DNA from: Penicillus capitatus
Taxonomy: Eukaryota; Plantae; Chlorophyta
Direction of reading: 5' to 3'
NCBI GenBank assembly: GCA_965649825.1
Contig: OZ287702.1
Span: 920,786-984,785 of the forward strand
Length of the DNA: 64,000 nt
How positions within the stretch are numbered: position 1 is the first letter of the stretch; each line of letters opens with the position of its first letter. The notes under the pieces were generated by a model that worked only from the letters and a program-made list of their open reading frames with translations, did no database searches and was not told the DNA's origin. Shown piece by piece: positions 12,114 to 25,310 of this stretch. The translations under genes were made by a program, and so were the position numbers.

Positions 12114-13230
12114 CAGACTGGAGCCCTGCGTTGCCCAATATGTTTGATCATTACCAGATAGAAGAGGAATAGACGTTGAGGGTGAGCGGCATCGCATAGA
12201 AGTTCTGTGTTTATCCACTGCCGTTGCCGCCGCCACGTCCATGTTCTTGTTGTAACTCCCATTCGTCAGTGTGGAAACCAGGGCAGTCTTGATAAGTCCG
12301 ATCCAAAGAGTATAGATCGATCGTTGGCTGGTTGCGTAGCTACCTGTCATGAAGGACAGACAGCTGTGTAATGGCGTCAGCTGTGGTGTCTTTTCAGCTA
12401 TGCGGCACTACAGATAGCAGCAGTACGTATCTGCCGCTCGTTCAGGATATACGATGGGTTTCATCACCACACCGTCGAACGGTGCCTTGCCAGGGATGAA
12501 CGATGTGCATCGAAGGCTTTGCGCAAGGATGTATGAATGGTATTCATTACGGTGCTTCGACCTGACGGTTTGTTGTTGTTTCGTTCCTGTGGATAGACGC
12601 GTTTTGTAGTTTCGAAGGATCTGGCGAAGCAGAGACGACGTTTTGTGCTTCAAAGCCTTTTCTGCCAAGTCCGAAGATAAAAATCAGGTATGGCGTCGCT
12701 CTGCCGATAACGACAACGAAAGATGTTTCCCTCGCAAACCGACATCGCATCTTAGGCACTGCCGTCTTTCTTCGTTCAGTGGTCGCGTTTCTCGATAGAA
12801 CGCCGTTTATTTCCTCGCGCCGTTTCTACACCAGCCGCTTCGGTTAACTGCTTAGATGATGACAAGCTGCAGCTCGACGTGTACGTGCTGCAACAGTACT
12901 CGCGTCGTGTCGAGTAGCGTCATACCAGAATTCGCGTACACACGAGGGTACTGCCGAGAAAGAAAGAGGAATCGACGATGGCTCAGCGAAGACGGATGTC
13001 CGTTCCGAATGATGCCGAACGAGATGTTCCGTGTCGGCGTTCTCATTTTATGGCCGAGCGACAGGAGATGTTATTCGGCACAATCGACTGTTTTCCGCCA
13101 AAAACGCGTTCTGCTTTTTCGACGGGCTGTTACACACCCACGCCGTCTTTCTTGCACTTTAAAGGACTCCTGTCATCAGAGTTGCGGATGCTGAACATGC
13201 ATGATTTTGATTTTAGGTGACGTCGGAAAC

Positions 13231-15819
13231 ATGGACTCCTCCTCATTTCTTGATGTTCCTCGCGAGACTGGCTCGCGATCTGGAGAATGGAATGCTAGCG
13301 ACTACCATTGGGATCCCTACCAGTTCAAAGCTACAAGGATCATCCGACGTTCTTCCAAGCCCAAACGACGCGGCCGGTCTCGCATGCGTGGTCCCGTGTT
13401 GTGTCAAGTTGACGGATGCCAAAGCGATCTCTCTGGTCAAAAAGAGTACCATCAACGCTACAAGATCTGCCCACAACACATGAAAGCGAAATGCATCCCA
13501 AAAGACGGCGCTCCCCACAGATTCTGTCAGCAATGCGGACGATTTCATTTGCTCAGCGAATTCGACGGAAACAAGCGATCCTGTCGTGTTCGACTCACAA
13601 AGCATAATCAGAGACGACGAAAGAAGTCTGGAGGAACGTTGACGGGATTCGATTCTGCTCGAAGCTCGACACTGTCCAACTCCAATTCCCCGACAGAAAC
13701 CAACGTGGCTGTGGAGCTCGAACCTTCTACAGAGAATGAAGCAGATCCAACTGCCATAGCGTCCTCTTTTTTTGTCTCCCATGAACAGCCCTCTCTCTTC
13801 TATCCAAGCAAGGCCACACTCGCATTCCGAACATCTGCTTGACTCCGAGTGTGCCTGCTCTTCATTGTGTGTAGGCTACTCACAAGCAGCGTACAGAAAA
13901 GAGACCTCGTTTCTAAATGACGCTTTGTATTCCTCATGCACCGACATGAGTACGCATCTTGATGACCAGAGGATTCAGTGGTCTCATGGAGAATGCTGTG
14001 GTGATGTAGAGCCTAAGTTTGATCCGTCCCAAATGATGCCTCGTCATCTCGCCGATGCCTATACTGGTTTGGTCGGCTTAGATGAAACTGCTATTGATCC
14101 TTTGCAAGCAAACCCGAGCGTGTTTTCCACTAACCCTGGTGTGGCATCCGAAAGCAGACGACAGGCTGGATACAGTCAAGACGCCCCCGTGATGATGCCT
14201 GTTTTAAATAAAACTGTTTCGGACAATACATTGATGGATCCCGTGGCATTTATACCCCCAAGGACGATTCCGAAAAGTTTGCCCTACGGGACCCCTGACC
14301 AGTTTAGCAATTCTTCCTCTTGCATTCTTCCGTGGAACGCATGTCCAAATCAGACGGAACTTGGACCGATGCTCACCTACCCTCATGCAGACGCTGGGAA
14401 AATGGACAGTGTGTTCAGAAACGATCTCTGGGAAGAAGAGATGCGTGCCACGAATTACAAGAGTCTGTTGAAATTGACTTCATTCTCGATCAAGGTCTTC
14501 GACTGTATACCTGGGAATCTACCTCTTAACCTCCGGCACGAGCTGCTACGAGCAGTACGATGATGATGATGCACCCATACATGTCTCTATGTATCATTCG
14601 CCTTTTTAGGTCCAAGAAGGATTAGTTCCCGAAGGATATATGCGACCTGGATGTGTGAATTTGACGGTGGACGTGTTTCAGCCTGGCTGGAAAAAATCTT
14701 CGACTATTGACGATATCGTTGACGCATTACTCTCTTCTGATTGCGATTTTTGGAGGAGGAAGAAGATAATGGTAGGCATTCCTTCCCTCGCTTTGCACAC
14801 ATCATCTCAATCTCACGCACATTCCACAGGTTCAGACACACTGCGAGTCAATACGGATTGAACCGGGAAAACAGCAGAGAAGATACAGTTTGGAAGCGAA
14901 TGCGGAATTGTACCCCAATGTCCAATCCGTTCGGCCGGTCTGTGTGTTAGCTTCGGCCTCCAATCGCCGTTTTACAATCAGAGGAGACAACATTAGCTCT
15001 ATTCAAAGCACTTCAATTCATTGCAGGATTCAAGGCAAACACTCTATCTTCTCCTATACACGTCACATCCGCCTGTGCTTGTCGCCGTGCAGGGAAGTTT
15101 GTTAAGGTGGATGTCAACGGGCCTCAAGATGTGGAGTCAGGATCCTGGTCTTTTTCACTTTATGAGAAACTTCCATGTGGCACTTTACGAATCGAGATGT
15201 CAACGAATGGAATGATCGACCAGACACTGGTAATGTCACCGCCCCTTTCCTTTGTCTCTGTATCAGAATGTTGTCGTCTTCAGCCGATCCTGTGCGTCGA
15301 TGATAGCTCTGTCGTTGCTGAAATTGAAGAGTTTTATGGCCAATATGGTGCGGCTGCGCATTTGTCGGTGTGCAGAGAGAAACATAGACTGTTTGTTTAG
15401 GTCGTCAATCGAGCGCATTTCTCGTGGAGTTTGGCCTAGCTGTAGAGGTCCGATCGTGGCTGCTTGCTGTATGTCAGCGTTATGGCGTCGCTGCTGCTGA
15501 CCTAAGAACGTTTACTCAGCGATCTTGGCGTTCTTTTGGGGGCAGATTGGGCTTCAAGCAGGCTAGTTTGGCAGAATTTCTGTTCTGTGTGCATTCTGCC
15601 GGCCACCTCTACAACTATTGCAACGAACGAGGAATGGCGCAGACGGCGCAGTACCTGCAGCCAGTCGTGGCTTTGAATGTTTGCGACGGGTTTGACAGAA
15701 TGCCGACTTTCATACAGAGGGACGCTGGCGTACAGCAAAAACGTCACAGAAAACGATACCTCAGATTCATGAAGCGTCTGTTCAAGCAACATGTTGACAA
15801 GAGCGTACTGTGCTGCTGA
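13231..15819 (+). CDS. Long-type SBP-box (SPL/CRR1-like) transcription factor
   Basis: [10 protein letters not shown] motif; SBP domain CQVDGC...YHQRYKIC...[35 protein letters not shown]; later [15 protein letters not shown] and MRPGCVNLT motifs of long SPLs. 3' end approximate. Confidence 0.88.
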
Positions 15820-18278
15820 ACAGGACTCAAGTGCGCCTTCTCTGCGCTGCCCTTGGCCTGCCATCACTGTTTTCTAGGATGTGTATATTCTGACTCAAGC
15901 CTATGGATTGTGAGGCTTCTATATATATTCAAGTTTTGATGATCCTTTAGCTTTTCAAGCGATCTACTTGGCTCTTAGAGAGTAGAGTGAACCTGCCTGC
16001 ATATAGAGTATCTGAGGATAGATCAACGATCTTTGAGTGTTTGAGCATCTCGTGACTCTTTGGAGCGAAGCGGTCGCATTTCCTTCTCCCGTGTGATCTA
16101 TCTGATAAATCGTGCTCTTCTCCAAAGACGTCGTTGTTATCTTATTGGGATGCCTTCCTTCCATAATCTGTCTTACCTTGATGATTTAGGATGCAAAGTG
16201 CATACACGGTTTGCAATATGGTATGGTGGATGATGTTGGAATTATTCTTTTTTGCCAAAACAGGAAACTATGGAACGCTGAAATTCTCTTCTTTCGTAGT
16301 TGATTGTTACGGCACTCGGTTGACTTAGGAATGTTATTCTCTCTATAAAAAAGGTGGAGGCATCCCATTTCGATAATCTATTACCAAGTGAGATGCTACG
16401 ACTGCAAGAGCTTGATATGAGACGAGCGAGGATGGTACTTCAATTGGCCACACTCTACACGCTTTCATTCCGTGGAGATGCCACATAGACGCCAGCCACA
16501 TCTCAACTTTAGATGGGCATATTTTGGACTCAAGCGGTCGATGAAGCAGCCGAACTGTGTTTCCCACCAATAAACTCTTTGAGACCTGCCCTTATGTTTA
16601 TAACTCAATGCTTTTGTTACTCAACCAATTTTTGCTTGCCCCTCGATGGTGCTTATGGGTTTTGATATATGGGCAGATACCATGGCCTCTCTTGCCAATA
16701 TTCTTTGAGAATTCTGTGTGATTGTTTCATTGTTGTGGTGCCCAAGAGGTGGAACTTCGAAATGGATGATAGTATGTTTCCGCACATAAATCTCAAGTGC
16801 TACGGAATGCGCAGTTAGTGCATTCTTGGCTGTCAAGATGTGTGTTTTGAAGGAAATCTCTAATTCATGTCACTTTACGTTCTACGGGCGAACTCCTTTA
16901 CATTTAATTCCCGAGATGCACGACTTTGCGGACTCTATCCTTACAAAGCTCGGGGGATGACTGCTATCTACTGATGTGACAAGCACTAACTGTCGAAACA
17001 CAAATGCAATACTTGTACACCTAAGATACAGACGGGATGTCCCATGCGTCGCTCCTACTCTGCATTCGATCTCTGTCAGACACACACAAGCACCCGTAGT
17101 GGGAATCTCCCCGAGTCAAGATGGTGCATTGGTACCCCCAACATCGACGACAAAAGCGATCTCCCTGCTCAGAATTCATTGCAGGACAGACTTTGAGATG
17201 ACAACCTCAAATCTTTAAGAGAGCTCCTGCTGACAGGTCAGCATAAGAGACGTGCACATCTATCCTCTCGTTGAGAGTCTGATGCGCGAAACATCTAGTT
17301 TGCAGATTGCCTAAGGGTGGCAGGCTTGGCATCGGTGTCTTGTGTCGATACATCCTACCATGGCAGAGCATCGAATTTTTCAAAGTTGAAAAGACAGGTT
17401 TCGGTAAGACGACGAGCGGTTCAGTCTTGAACGGTTCGGCAAACTGCTGAGTCAGAGGCTGCTGCTGTTTTTCGTACTCCGTCAGACGTGAACGGCGGCT
17501 TCCTATACAGGACACGATCTGCTTTAGTTAACGGCATTCATATCGCCTACATCAGGATTTTTGGCAACGAGGGTCGAAACGCCTCATCCTTCGGTTGATC
17601 ATGAAGTGTGTGATGCTTGCTGTTCATCATGTGCTGCGTTACAAGGTGCTTTGCAACAAACGCATACGACGTTCGAATCGAGCAGTTCGTCATTGAATTC
17701 TACATTAAGGCACTGTCGTGGGAGTGACGAATTTCACTTGCCGACAAATGTGTCCTGGTCATCCGACTGATACCTGACCAATACATTCGACCACCGACTG
17801 CATTCGTATCCACATTCATAATTGGCGCTGCGCAAAGATCAGCGTTTGGAAGATTTTCTCGAACAGATAACAAACAGTCCCTTGAAGGCAAAGGCCAGGC
17901 GGATTCGATTTATATAAACTTGTGACGAAATTCAAAAGACAAGGGAAGTTCATCATGTCGACAAAACATCCACAAACCATCAGGGCGGGGCTACTTGAGG
18001 GATTCCCAAAAAGCAAACCGCAAGAATCTGTTCCTCGTTCAACGGATCCGTTCAAAACTCTCGATGCTCCAAGAGCAGTAATGAACCAATAGAACTCGAA
18101 CGACAACCGAGTCAACACAGCACGCCAAAACAATCAACCCGTTTTGGGGACAATACATAGAAAAAACCACCTCGTGATTAATAAACAAACAACAGGAATA
18201 AGGACATAATCGGTATTAAGATACTGTACGTATGTCAAAGAATAGGTTGAAGAGACATCGAAATGACATTCTTTACTG

Positions 18279-19631
18279 CTAATAAGATGTATTGGCCACA
18301 AAGTGGGATGATTGAGCGGCAGGGAAAAGCGTGACGCCTCCTTGGCCATCCAGGGTCTCCACACTGGCTCGCAGATCGACATTGTTCACACTGTCGGAGA
18401 ACACACTTCCAGATGTGCCCTCACAGAAAGTGGGATCGGCATCGACGCTGTAATGTGATCTGGCCGAATGGTACGACCTCAAGCTCGGCTCGGAGCTCTT
18501 GGGTTGCAGCAGAACAACGCCAATCGGTATGTGATCGGAAGGATACTGCCTGTTCGGGAGCAGTGTGCGATCAACATTGGGTATCACTCTAGGGTCGATG
18601 GCTCTCAGCACCGCTGCCACTCTTAAATGACGGCTCGAAAAAATAAAATCCGCCTCCGAACGACGACGTGGGGCACGAGCAGTGAAATCGGGAACGGCTT
18701 CCGCCACTTTGTAGACGTCGTTCAGTGCAAAGGGATGTGCTTTTGTCTCCTTCACCACTTCAATATCTGGATAGTAGTGTTCCGTATACCCAGCTTCCAA
18801 CCTTCCCCGGTATAGGTAATTCCAGGGAGCATTCCATCGACTACTATTGAAATCCCCACAGAATACCATGTCATACTCCTCTGTTATACCTGCCTACACA
18901 GCAAGGCTTCCGTTTGACACAAAGCATCCACCGTTTCGTCTCTGGACACTACTGACCTGTTCTCTTTCGATTGCATTGAGAATTGTGTCCACCTGTTGTA
19001 CCCTTTCTGCCGGTCGGTAAGGATTCCCTTCCAAATGCACATTGATCACATAGAATTTCTAACAGACCATGACAGCAACGATCATCGAGACGAGGGTAAG
19101 GCATGGGTTTACGTGCTCTTGGCCGCTGGCAGACACCCAGTTTAGAGCAATTCCTAAGACGCGGCGACAATGTTGCTCCCAGCACAGACGGAACCGTCTC
19201 GATCGGTAGAAAGTGGCATTTGTAATCAATCGATCTCTTCCTTTTTTCTTTTCGGGTCTCTGTCTCGTCAACAGCACTCCGGTGTAACCCAAGTCGTCCA
19301 TGAAGTGTCTCCATTCCGACCACTTGGCGATCTCGACTTCTTGCAAGCAGACGACATCGGCATTGAGCGTCGTGATCTGCTCTTTCAGTTTGTCATAGCG
19401 ATATTCCCAGCTGCAAAAGAGTTCATGGGCGTAGTTGTAGCTCGGATTGGCGCGGACAATGTTGTCCGCAAGTACGTTGTAGGAAAGGACACTCAATTCA
19501 TCGGGTTCACGTACACTCAAGGGTTTGTCAAGAGATAGAAGCTTGGGTTTAGACGCGCGCTTGAAGGTGCGCCGAAGCAACCACCAGGCGAGTCCGATAA
19601 GACCGGCTCCCAATGTGAAAGTCGGTCCCAT
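18279..19631 (-). CDS. CCR4/nocturnin/angel-like EEP-family phosphoesterase with N-terminal hydrophobic anchor
   Basis: SVLSYNVLAD, ADVVCLQEV, NVHL, CGDFNS, DFIF and YPSDHIP catalytic motifs. Confidence 0.88.
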
Positions 19632-19771
19632 AGGTCCAAAACGACACGACTCGCGCTACTGCGTCAGTAAGAATCGTAAAACGCACGAACATACACTTCA
19701 CGACTGGTTCCTGAGAAGTACGATTCCTCTAGACCTTGGTGAATTTTTTGGCAATTTCGGCGTGTCTATCG

Positions 19772-21896
19772 ATGGGAAAGAAATCCAAACACAAAGAGAA
19801 GAAGAAAAAGCATCACGCCAAACGCAAAAGTATTACTGGACCGCGGGCACATGGACGTGACGGATCCATTTATGCTGAGCAGAGTTGCCTGATGAGCGAG
19901 AAGAAACAGGTTCAGATACGGTGGAGGCAACAGAGATGCCCGTGAAATCGGCTGCGGAGACAGAGGCCTCTGCGCCTGTTATTCGAGAAGATTGGATGAC
20001 GAGGCCAAAAGAGGGATGGCTTGCGGATCCATCTAGAAAACGTGGCAAAGAGAAGGAGGATGATACAAGAGCAGCAAAACAAGAACCACCGCCTCGCGTT
20101 TGTTTTTCCTCGGTTTGATCGCATGCACAGAAAGGGGTATGGATGCGCAGAAACCGGGTCTCTATATTCCCGAAGGGTCAAAAACGCAACAAGGAGAATC
20201 ACGGAGCGTTGTGGGAGATGGAGGAGCCAGTTGGCGACGAAAAGCTTTGAAACGTATGCAGGAACGCAGTCAGATGGAAGACAAATCTCTGGAGCAGATT
20301 GCCGAAGAGCGTGGAGTGAATCTGGACCGTCTTAAGCACGATGCGAGAAACACATCTTATCGAAGAAACAGAGCCACACCTCACCGTTTTTCGAATCGAG
20401 CTTATCTGGATGATATCCACGGACACCGAAGAGAAATGAAGAAACCGAGTGTTGACAGATCGGTCTTCACTAAGAGAAGAGAGAAAACCAGAGAGGAAGA
20501 AGATAGGGGACAGTCTCTCCAATCGACCACAGAGACAGCACCATCGGCGCTCAACAAGTTCCCAAGCGACGGTTCCTTTTTACAGATGTTTGCGCAACCA
20601 TCTTCGGAAAGAGGTCTGTCTAAGCCAGTCCCATTCGTTGGCTGACCGTTCTCTGCGGAACAGAAGGACAGTTTGATCGGAAAAGGAGAGAAGAGGCGCA
20701 GCGGGAAGTTGCCCCTCGAGGAAACTCCTCTGTCGCTCAACGGCTGCGAGCACAGCTGGGGAGTCAAGTATCTGCAGGAGATCATGATACCCCGTCAAGT
20801 CATCGAACCCAGACAGCCGAGCAACGGCGACGCCCTTCAGAAAGAGCAAATATTGCACGTGCATCTGGACAAGAGGACAGCTCCAAGAAACGGAGAGATG
20901 TGGAAGAATCTGCAGATATCATGACCCTGTACAAGAGATCTCGATACGGAGACGACGCAATGGACATGGATCGTGTCTTGGCCAAAAACATCTCAAGACA
21001 GCACCGGTTCAATGACAAGGAGGATATGGATGCAGATATGGAGTACGACTTTGGCGTGGGGACAGACTTATTCGAGAAAAAAGGCAAGAAGAATCGTCGC
21101 GAGACGTTTGCCGATATGCAACGCCGAGAGAAACGACGTCTTGCCAAAGCAGAAAGCCGACACCAGACGATTCAAGACAGCTGCAGTTACTGTTTTGACA
21201 GTCCACTTTTCCCCAAACATCTGGTCGTGTCCATTGCAACGACCGCTTACTTGCGCTTACCTCAAGAAGGCGCTTTGGATCCCCTACACTGCTGCATCGT
21301 TCCTTTGGAGCACATACCTACAACAAGAGAAGTCGATGACGATGTTTGGACAGAGATTCGCAACTTCAAGAAATCACTGATCCAAATGAGCCAATCCAAA
21401 GTCTCTCGGCCTCTCGTGTGCGTGGTGACAGTGTCATGTGGTGCAGGGGAGAAGTGTCATCTTCTTGGAGACAGCAATGCATCTTCAGGATCAAAGAAGA
21501 CACGCCTTCGTGGAGTGCATCCCTGTTGAGGAAAAGGTGATAGAAAGAGCTCCCATGTACTATAAGAAAGCGATTGACGATGCGACGTCGGACTGGAGTC
21601 AGCATCACTCCAAGCGATGCATCGAGACGGGGCCGAAAGGACTTCGCGGCAGCATTCCGGCCCACTTCCCATACTTTCACGTCGAATTCAATCTCGCCCG
21701 TGGGTTCGTTCATGTCATCGATGACGAAGCGAATTTCGATGCCCATCTTGGTCGGCGCGTTCTCATTGGATTGCTCAATCGACCTGCTGAGGAGATGTAC
21801 CAACGCATGGATCAGAGGAGCATGGAACAGCAGATAGCATGTGTCCATGCCTTTAGCAAACAATGGCATGCGTATGACTGGACCCTTCAGATATAG
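19772..21896 (+). CDS. CWF19L2: CWF19-like protein 2 (CwfJ domains)
   Basis: MGKKSKHKEKKKK start, FPSDGSFL, CSYCF, HCCIVPLEH, EIRNFKKSL, YFHVEF and YDWT C-terminus. Confidence 0.9.
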
Positions 21897-22095
21897 TGTG
21901 AACACACACGTCATTCGCGTTTCTGCAAGACTGCTGCCTGTTTCCGTCTTGACGAGAACCCTAAGACGCGCCTTCTTTTCTGTCGGCCATGTATCTTGAT
22001 GGACCCATTTTCTGTCGATTTTACCGGATTGGGACATCAGTGCTCTACACATTTTTCTCTTCCGTATTTCTCATCGCCGCTTAGGAACTACAAAG

Positions 22096-22957
22096 ATGGA
22101 TCTGAATCTGCGGCGTCGATGGATGAGCGAAGCGCGAACGCGTTTGATTCTTTCTGTCGAGCAGGTATGCTCAATCTCTGTCCTCTTGGCCCTAGCCGGC
22201 ACATACATTACTCGTCGATTCTGTGTACTGACTCGGCTGACGATCGTTGCACACACGAACATTTATTGAGAGATATCGTCCGACTCGATCAATGGCCAAT
22301 ATGCGTTTATAGCACTCTTGCGTCAACCGTCAGCAAAGCTTCTGGCGTCGAAGCGTCAGCGTGGCTGATGATGTCTTTTGTCGTGTTAGGCAAGCAAAAC
22401 GACTCTCGGTAAGATGGTGCATTCTAGAGCCAGGCTGCCACACGAAGTCGCAACGCCCTGTCTTACGGCTCGCGCGATCGTAAAATTCGATGATCTGTTT
22501 GAGCGCGTCTAACAGACATGCTGTAGTTTCGTTCCATAACCATGCATTTTGGGAAGCGTGTGTATTTAATCGACTTCTATGGCAGCCGTCAAGCTCTTAC
22601 ACGCAATCTCAAGCAACTCCTCGCGGAAACTGGCGTCCAGGGTATGAACTCGTCTTCACTGAAATGACGTGAGGATGCAGAGATGTTATGTATGTATGGG
22701 CGACAGATCTGAGGAATACAGATGAAGTATGGAAGTATATTCGACAGGAATTTGCTGGCAGAATTGTGCCATGTCCTCATTCCTGCCTTCAACTGCGGCA
22801 ACGCATTGCGGAGTTTGCCGTGATGTGTGCCACAGTCCAGAGCTCCGGTCTGTGGATGGATCCGCCAAGTGCAATGCTTCTTGCCGAGAAGTCATCCAAC
22901 GAAGATCTCGCCAATATCTTAGCACAGCACAGAGAGAAAAATACCGACCAAGTGTGA
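22096..22957 (+). CDS. Probable uncharacterised multi-exon gene
   Basis: ATG 22096 reads MDLNLRRRWMSEARTRLILSVEQ into a strong CAG|GTATGC donor; protein-like last exon ends at TGA 22957. Middle exons unresolved, no family recognised. Confidence 0.35.
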
Positions 22958-23023
22958 CCAGATCTCATATGCTTCACCGAACGGTTATTAAATCTGCTCT
23001 TCTGATAGCTTGAACGACATCTG

Positions 23024-24787
23024 ATGCAGGATTCGTCGATTCGCCTTCCTCAGTTGGAGATGGGTGGAATGGCCGCCAATGCGAAAGCAAGAGTGATTTT
23101 TGTGGTGGATACCAGTATTTTGCTCAACAGAATCAGTCTCTTCTATCAACGATACAAGAAGATGAAGCAAGGGATCGGCAATTTGCCATTTGATTGTTCC
23201 TATTATATTCCATGGGTCGTGATCAAAGAGATTCAGATGCTGGCAGAAACGCAGTTCACAGAACATGCCAATGGCCATTTCCATCCCATTTCAACGCTGG
23301 CACGTATTGCACAGTCGAAGATACTTGAGGAACGAGAACTAGCCGCAGACGTTTTTTCGATGGAACGTCGTCAGGAATTTGAGGCGAGTCTGCAACTACA
23401 GACAACACTGAGGATGCGTTCCATCAGTAGTGTAATTTTATTGAGCTGCTTGGCAGTGATTCGACAAACCTTGTTTCCAGAGAATAGTCATGGACGTATT
23501 GTCCTGCTGTTGAGTGATGACTGGGAACTGATGGCAGACGCAGCGATGCATGGAATCGCATCTTGTCCTGGCGATTGCATTCCGGACAAAGCCGATTCGA
23601 TGCTCTCCGCTGTCGAGCGATCCATAAAGCTGCTCAAAAGAGCAAAAGCTGTTCTGGGACTCAAGAGTATCATGACAAACTCTGAAGGGAGTTTTTCCCG
23701 ATCCACCGGATTCAAGAAAAGAATCTTGGACGTCGTCGACCCCAAAGAGAACACGATCCTCGCAGGCATGCCCCAGCAAAAGCCCCCAGCGATCACTTCA
23801 GAGTTTGAGGGACTCATTTTGAGTGTCGATTGTGACGAACAGACACCGACGAGCATTCACAGCGAACAGACCCTGACTTCCGGCCGACTCCATTCAGATG
23901 TGCACCGAAACGAAGGCCAGAGACACACTGGAGTCATTGCCTCCGAGCCACCGGTGCATCGAATGGAACAATGGGTTCGGGGATTCTTTAGGGAGACTGT
24001 GAGAGCCATGGAGATACATTTTGGCCCAGCTGTTCAATTTTGGCTTCAAGCGCGATTTTCTGATTGGTTTCAACATCTCAGCGGCCGACCTGTGTGGTGT
24101 ATGAAGGACATCATCTGTGCATTAGAATCCAAGCAGGCATATCTGCCAACGGCGATGCTTGGTCACCTCCAGCACCTTAACCGAACTGCCATGTTCGCCA
24201 CCCCCTTTCCTCTCGATCTCGTCTCAGACGTGTATGCATGTAGGATTTTATCCGGCCCTTGTCCACACTTCCCTGTGCTTATGGAGTTTACCATGCTCTG
24301 TCTGAGGTTGATGAATATGTTTGCAGGAGTTTTGCGCGATGTTTGTTCGAACATTTCCCATCTTCCGAGACAGGAATGCAATATAGATGGCAAAACCGCC
24401 TGGAGGTTTCTCACTGAGGCGACATCAAGAATGATGGCCCGTTCCGCTTTCCTCGATGGTGTGCATGAGGGTTCCACTGGCACACTGCTGATGCCACACG
24501 TCCACCCTATGCATCCACTAGAGATGGAAAGCGTGATGCTTCCACGAGTGTGGGAGATGCCATTGGCTGTCTACCATCCGCCGCATCTCTTATGCGAGAT
24601 GGCGGCACCTCCGCCGCCGTTTGTCCATCCACCAACCGTTCTCCTTCCGCCTCACACAGCAGGATGTCCGCCGAGCTGTTTCCGTCCTCCTCTTCTGGCA
24701 CCTCTGCCTATTCATTACCCACTGCCACCTCCACCTCCACATCCCGACCAGAGATCCAAACGAAGAGGTCATCATAGCAAGCCTTAG
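23024..24787 (+). CDS. SWT1-like PIN-domain protein with Pro-rich C-terminus
   Basis: 587-aa uninterrupted ORF. PIN motifs FVVDTS, IPWVVIKEI and LLLSDD. Downstream HFGPAVQFW...DWFQHLSGRPVWCMKDII resembles the SWT1 helical domain. Confidence 0.65.
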   Translation: MQDSSIRLPQLEMGGMAANAKARVIFVVDTSILLNRISLFYQRYKKMKQGIGNLPFDCSYYIPWVVIKEIQMLAETQFTEHANGHFHPISTLARIAQSKILEERELAADVFSMERRQEFEASLQLQTTLRMRSISSVILLSCLAVIRQTLFPENSHGRIVLLLSDDWELMADAAMHGIASCPGDCIPDKADSMLSAVERSIKLLKRAKAVLGLKSIMTNSEGSFSRSTGFKKRILDVVDPKENTILAGMPQQKPPAITSEFEGLILSVDCDEQTPTSIHSEQTLTSGRLHSDVHRNEGQRHTGVIASEPPVHRMEQWVRGFFRETVRAMEIHFGPAVQFWLQARFSDWFQHLSGRPVWCMKDIICALESKQAYLPTAMLGHLQHLNRTAMFATPFPLDLVSDVYACRILSGPCPHFPVLMEFTMLCLRLMNMFAGVLRDVCSNISHLPRQECNIDGKTAWRFLTEATSRMMARSAFLDGVHEGSTGTLLMPHVHPMHPLEMESVMLPRVWEMPLAVYHPPHLLCEMAAPPPPFVHPPTVLLPPHTAGCPPSCFRPPLLAPLPIHYPLPPPPPHPDQRSKRRGHHSKP

Positions 24788-25310
24788 ATCTCCAAAGCCT
24801 TTCTTTTGATTCAATTGTCGCTCGCATTGCTATTAAACAAGTCAAAAGGGTGGGTGGAAGTCGTTTTGCCTGTATATTCTTCATTGTCTTACCATCATTT
24901 CCCTGGGTGATATTTTGGACAGATGGAGCACATGATAAAAGGGATGATGTGATCCAGTACATAAGGTGGGTGAACTGAAACCGGGTTGTAACACCAATGG
25001 CCATTTAACAAATGGATTTCGGTCGATGCACGTCTGTTAACCGTTTCGTTCGGATCTGACGCGCATCTGTCCGTTTCATCGCTTTCGTGGCACATCCAGT
25101 CATCCGTGACACATTCTCGCTATTCTGCTGATTTGCAAAACAACCACACATGCATACGACGTACTTCTCGGCCGAGTCCTTTTCGCGTTTCACATGTCGA
25201 GACATATCGGACGCGGCAAAACATCGACCCTCTGTGGAGAGGTACGACTCGGTGCGGTGTGTTCCGCGTCGTTTGGCACGGCTCAACATCGGCGTCGCAT
25301 GTAAACGTCT

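Noticed and set aside
12108-12759. Possible small minus-strand gene between AHA1 and the SBP gene
   Set aside because: Short protein-like pieces could not be joined into a supported model.
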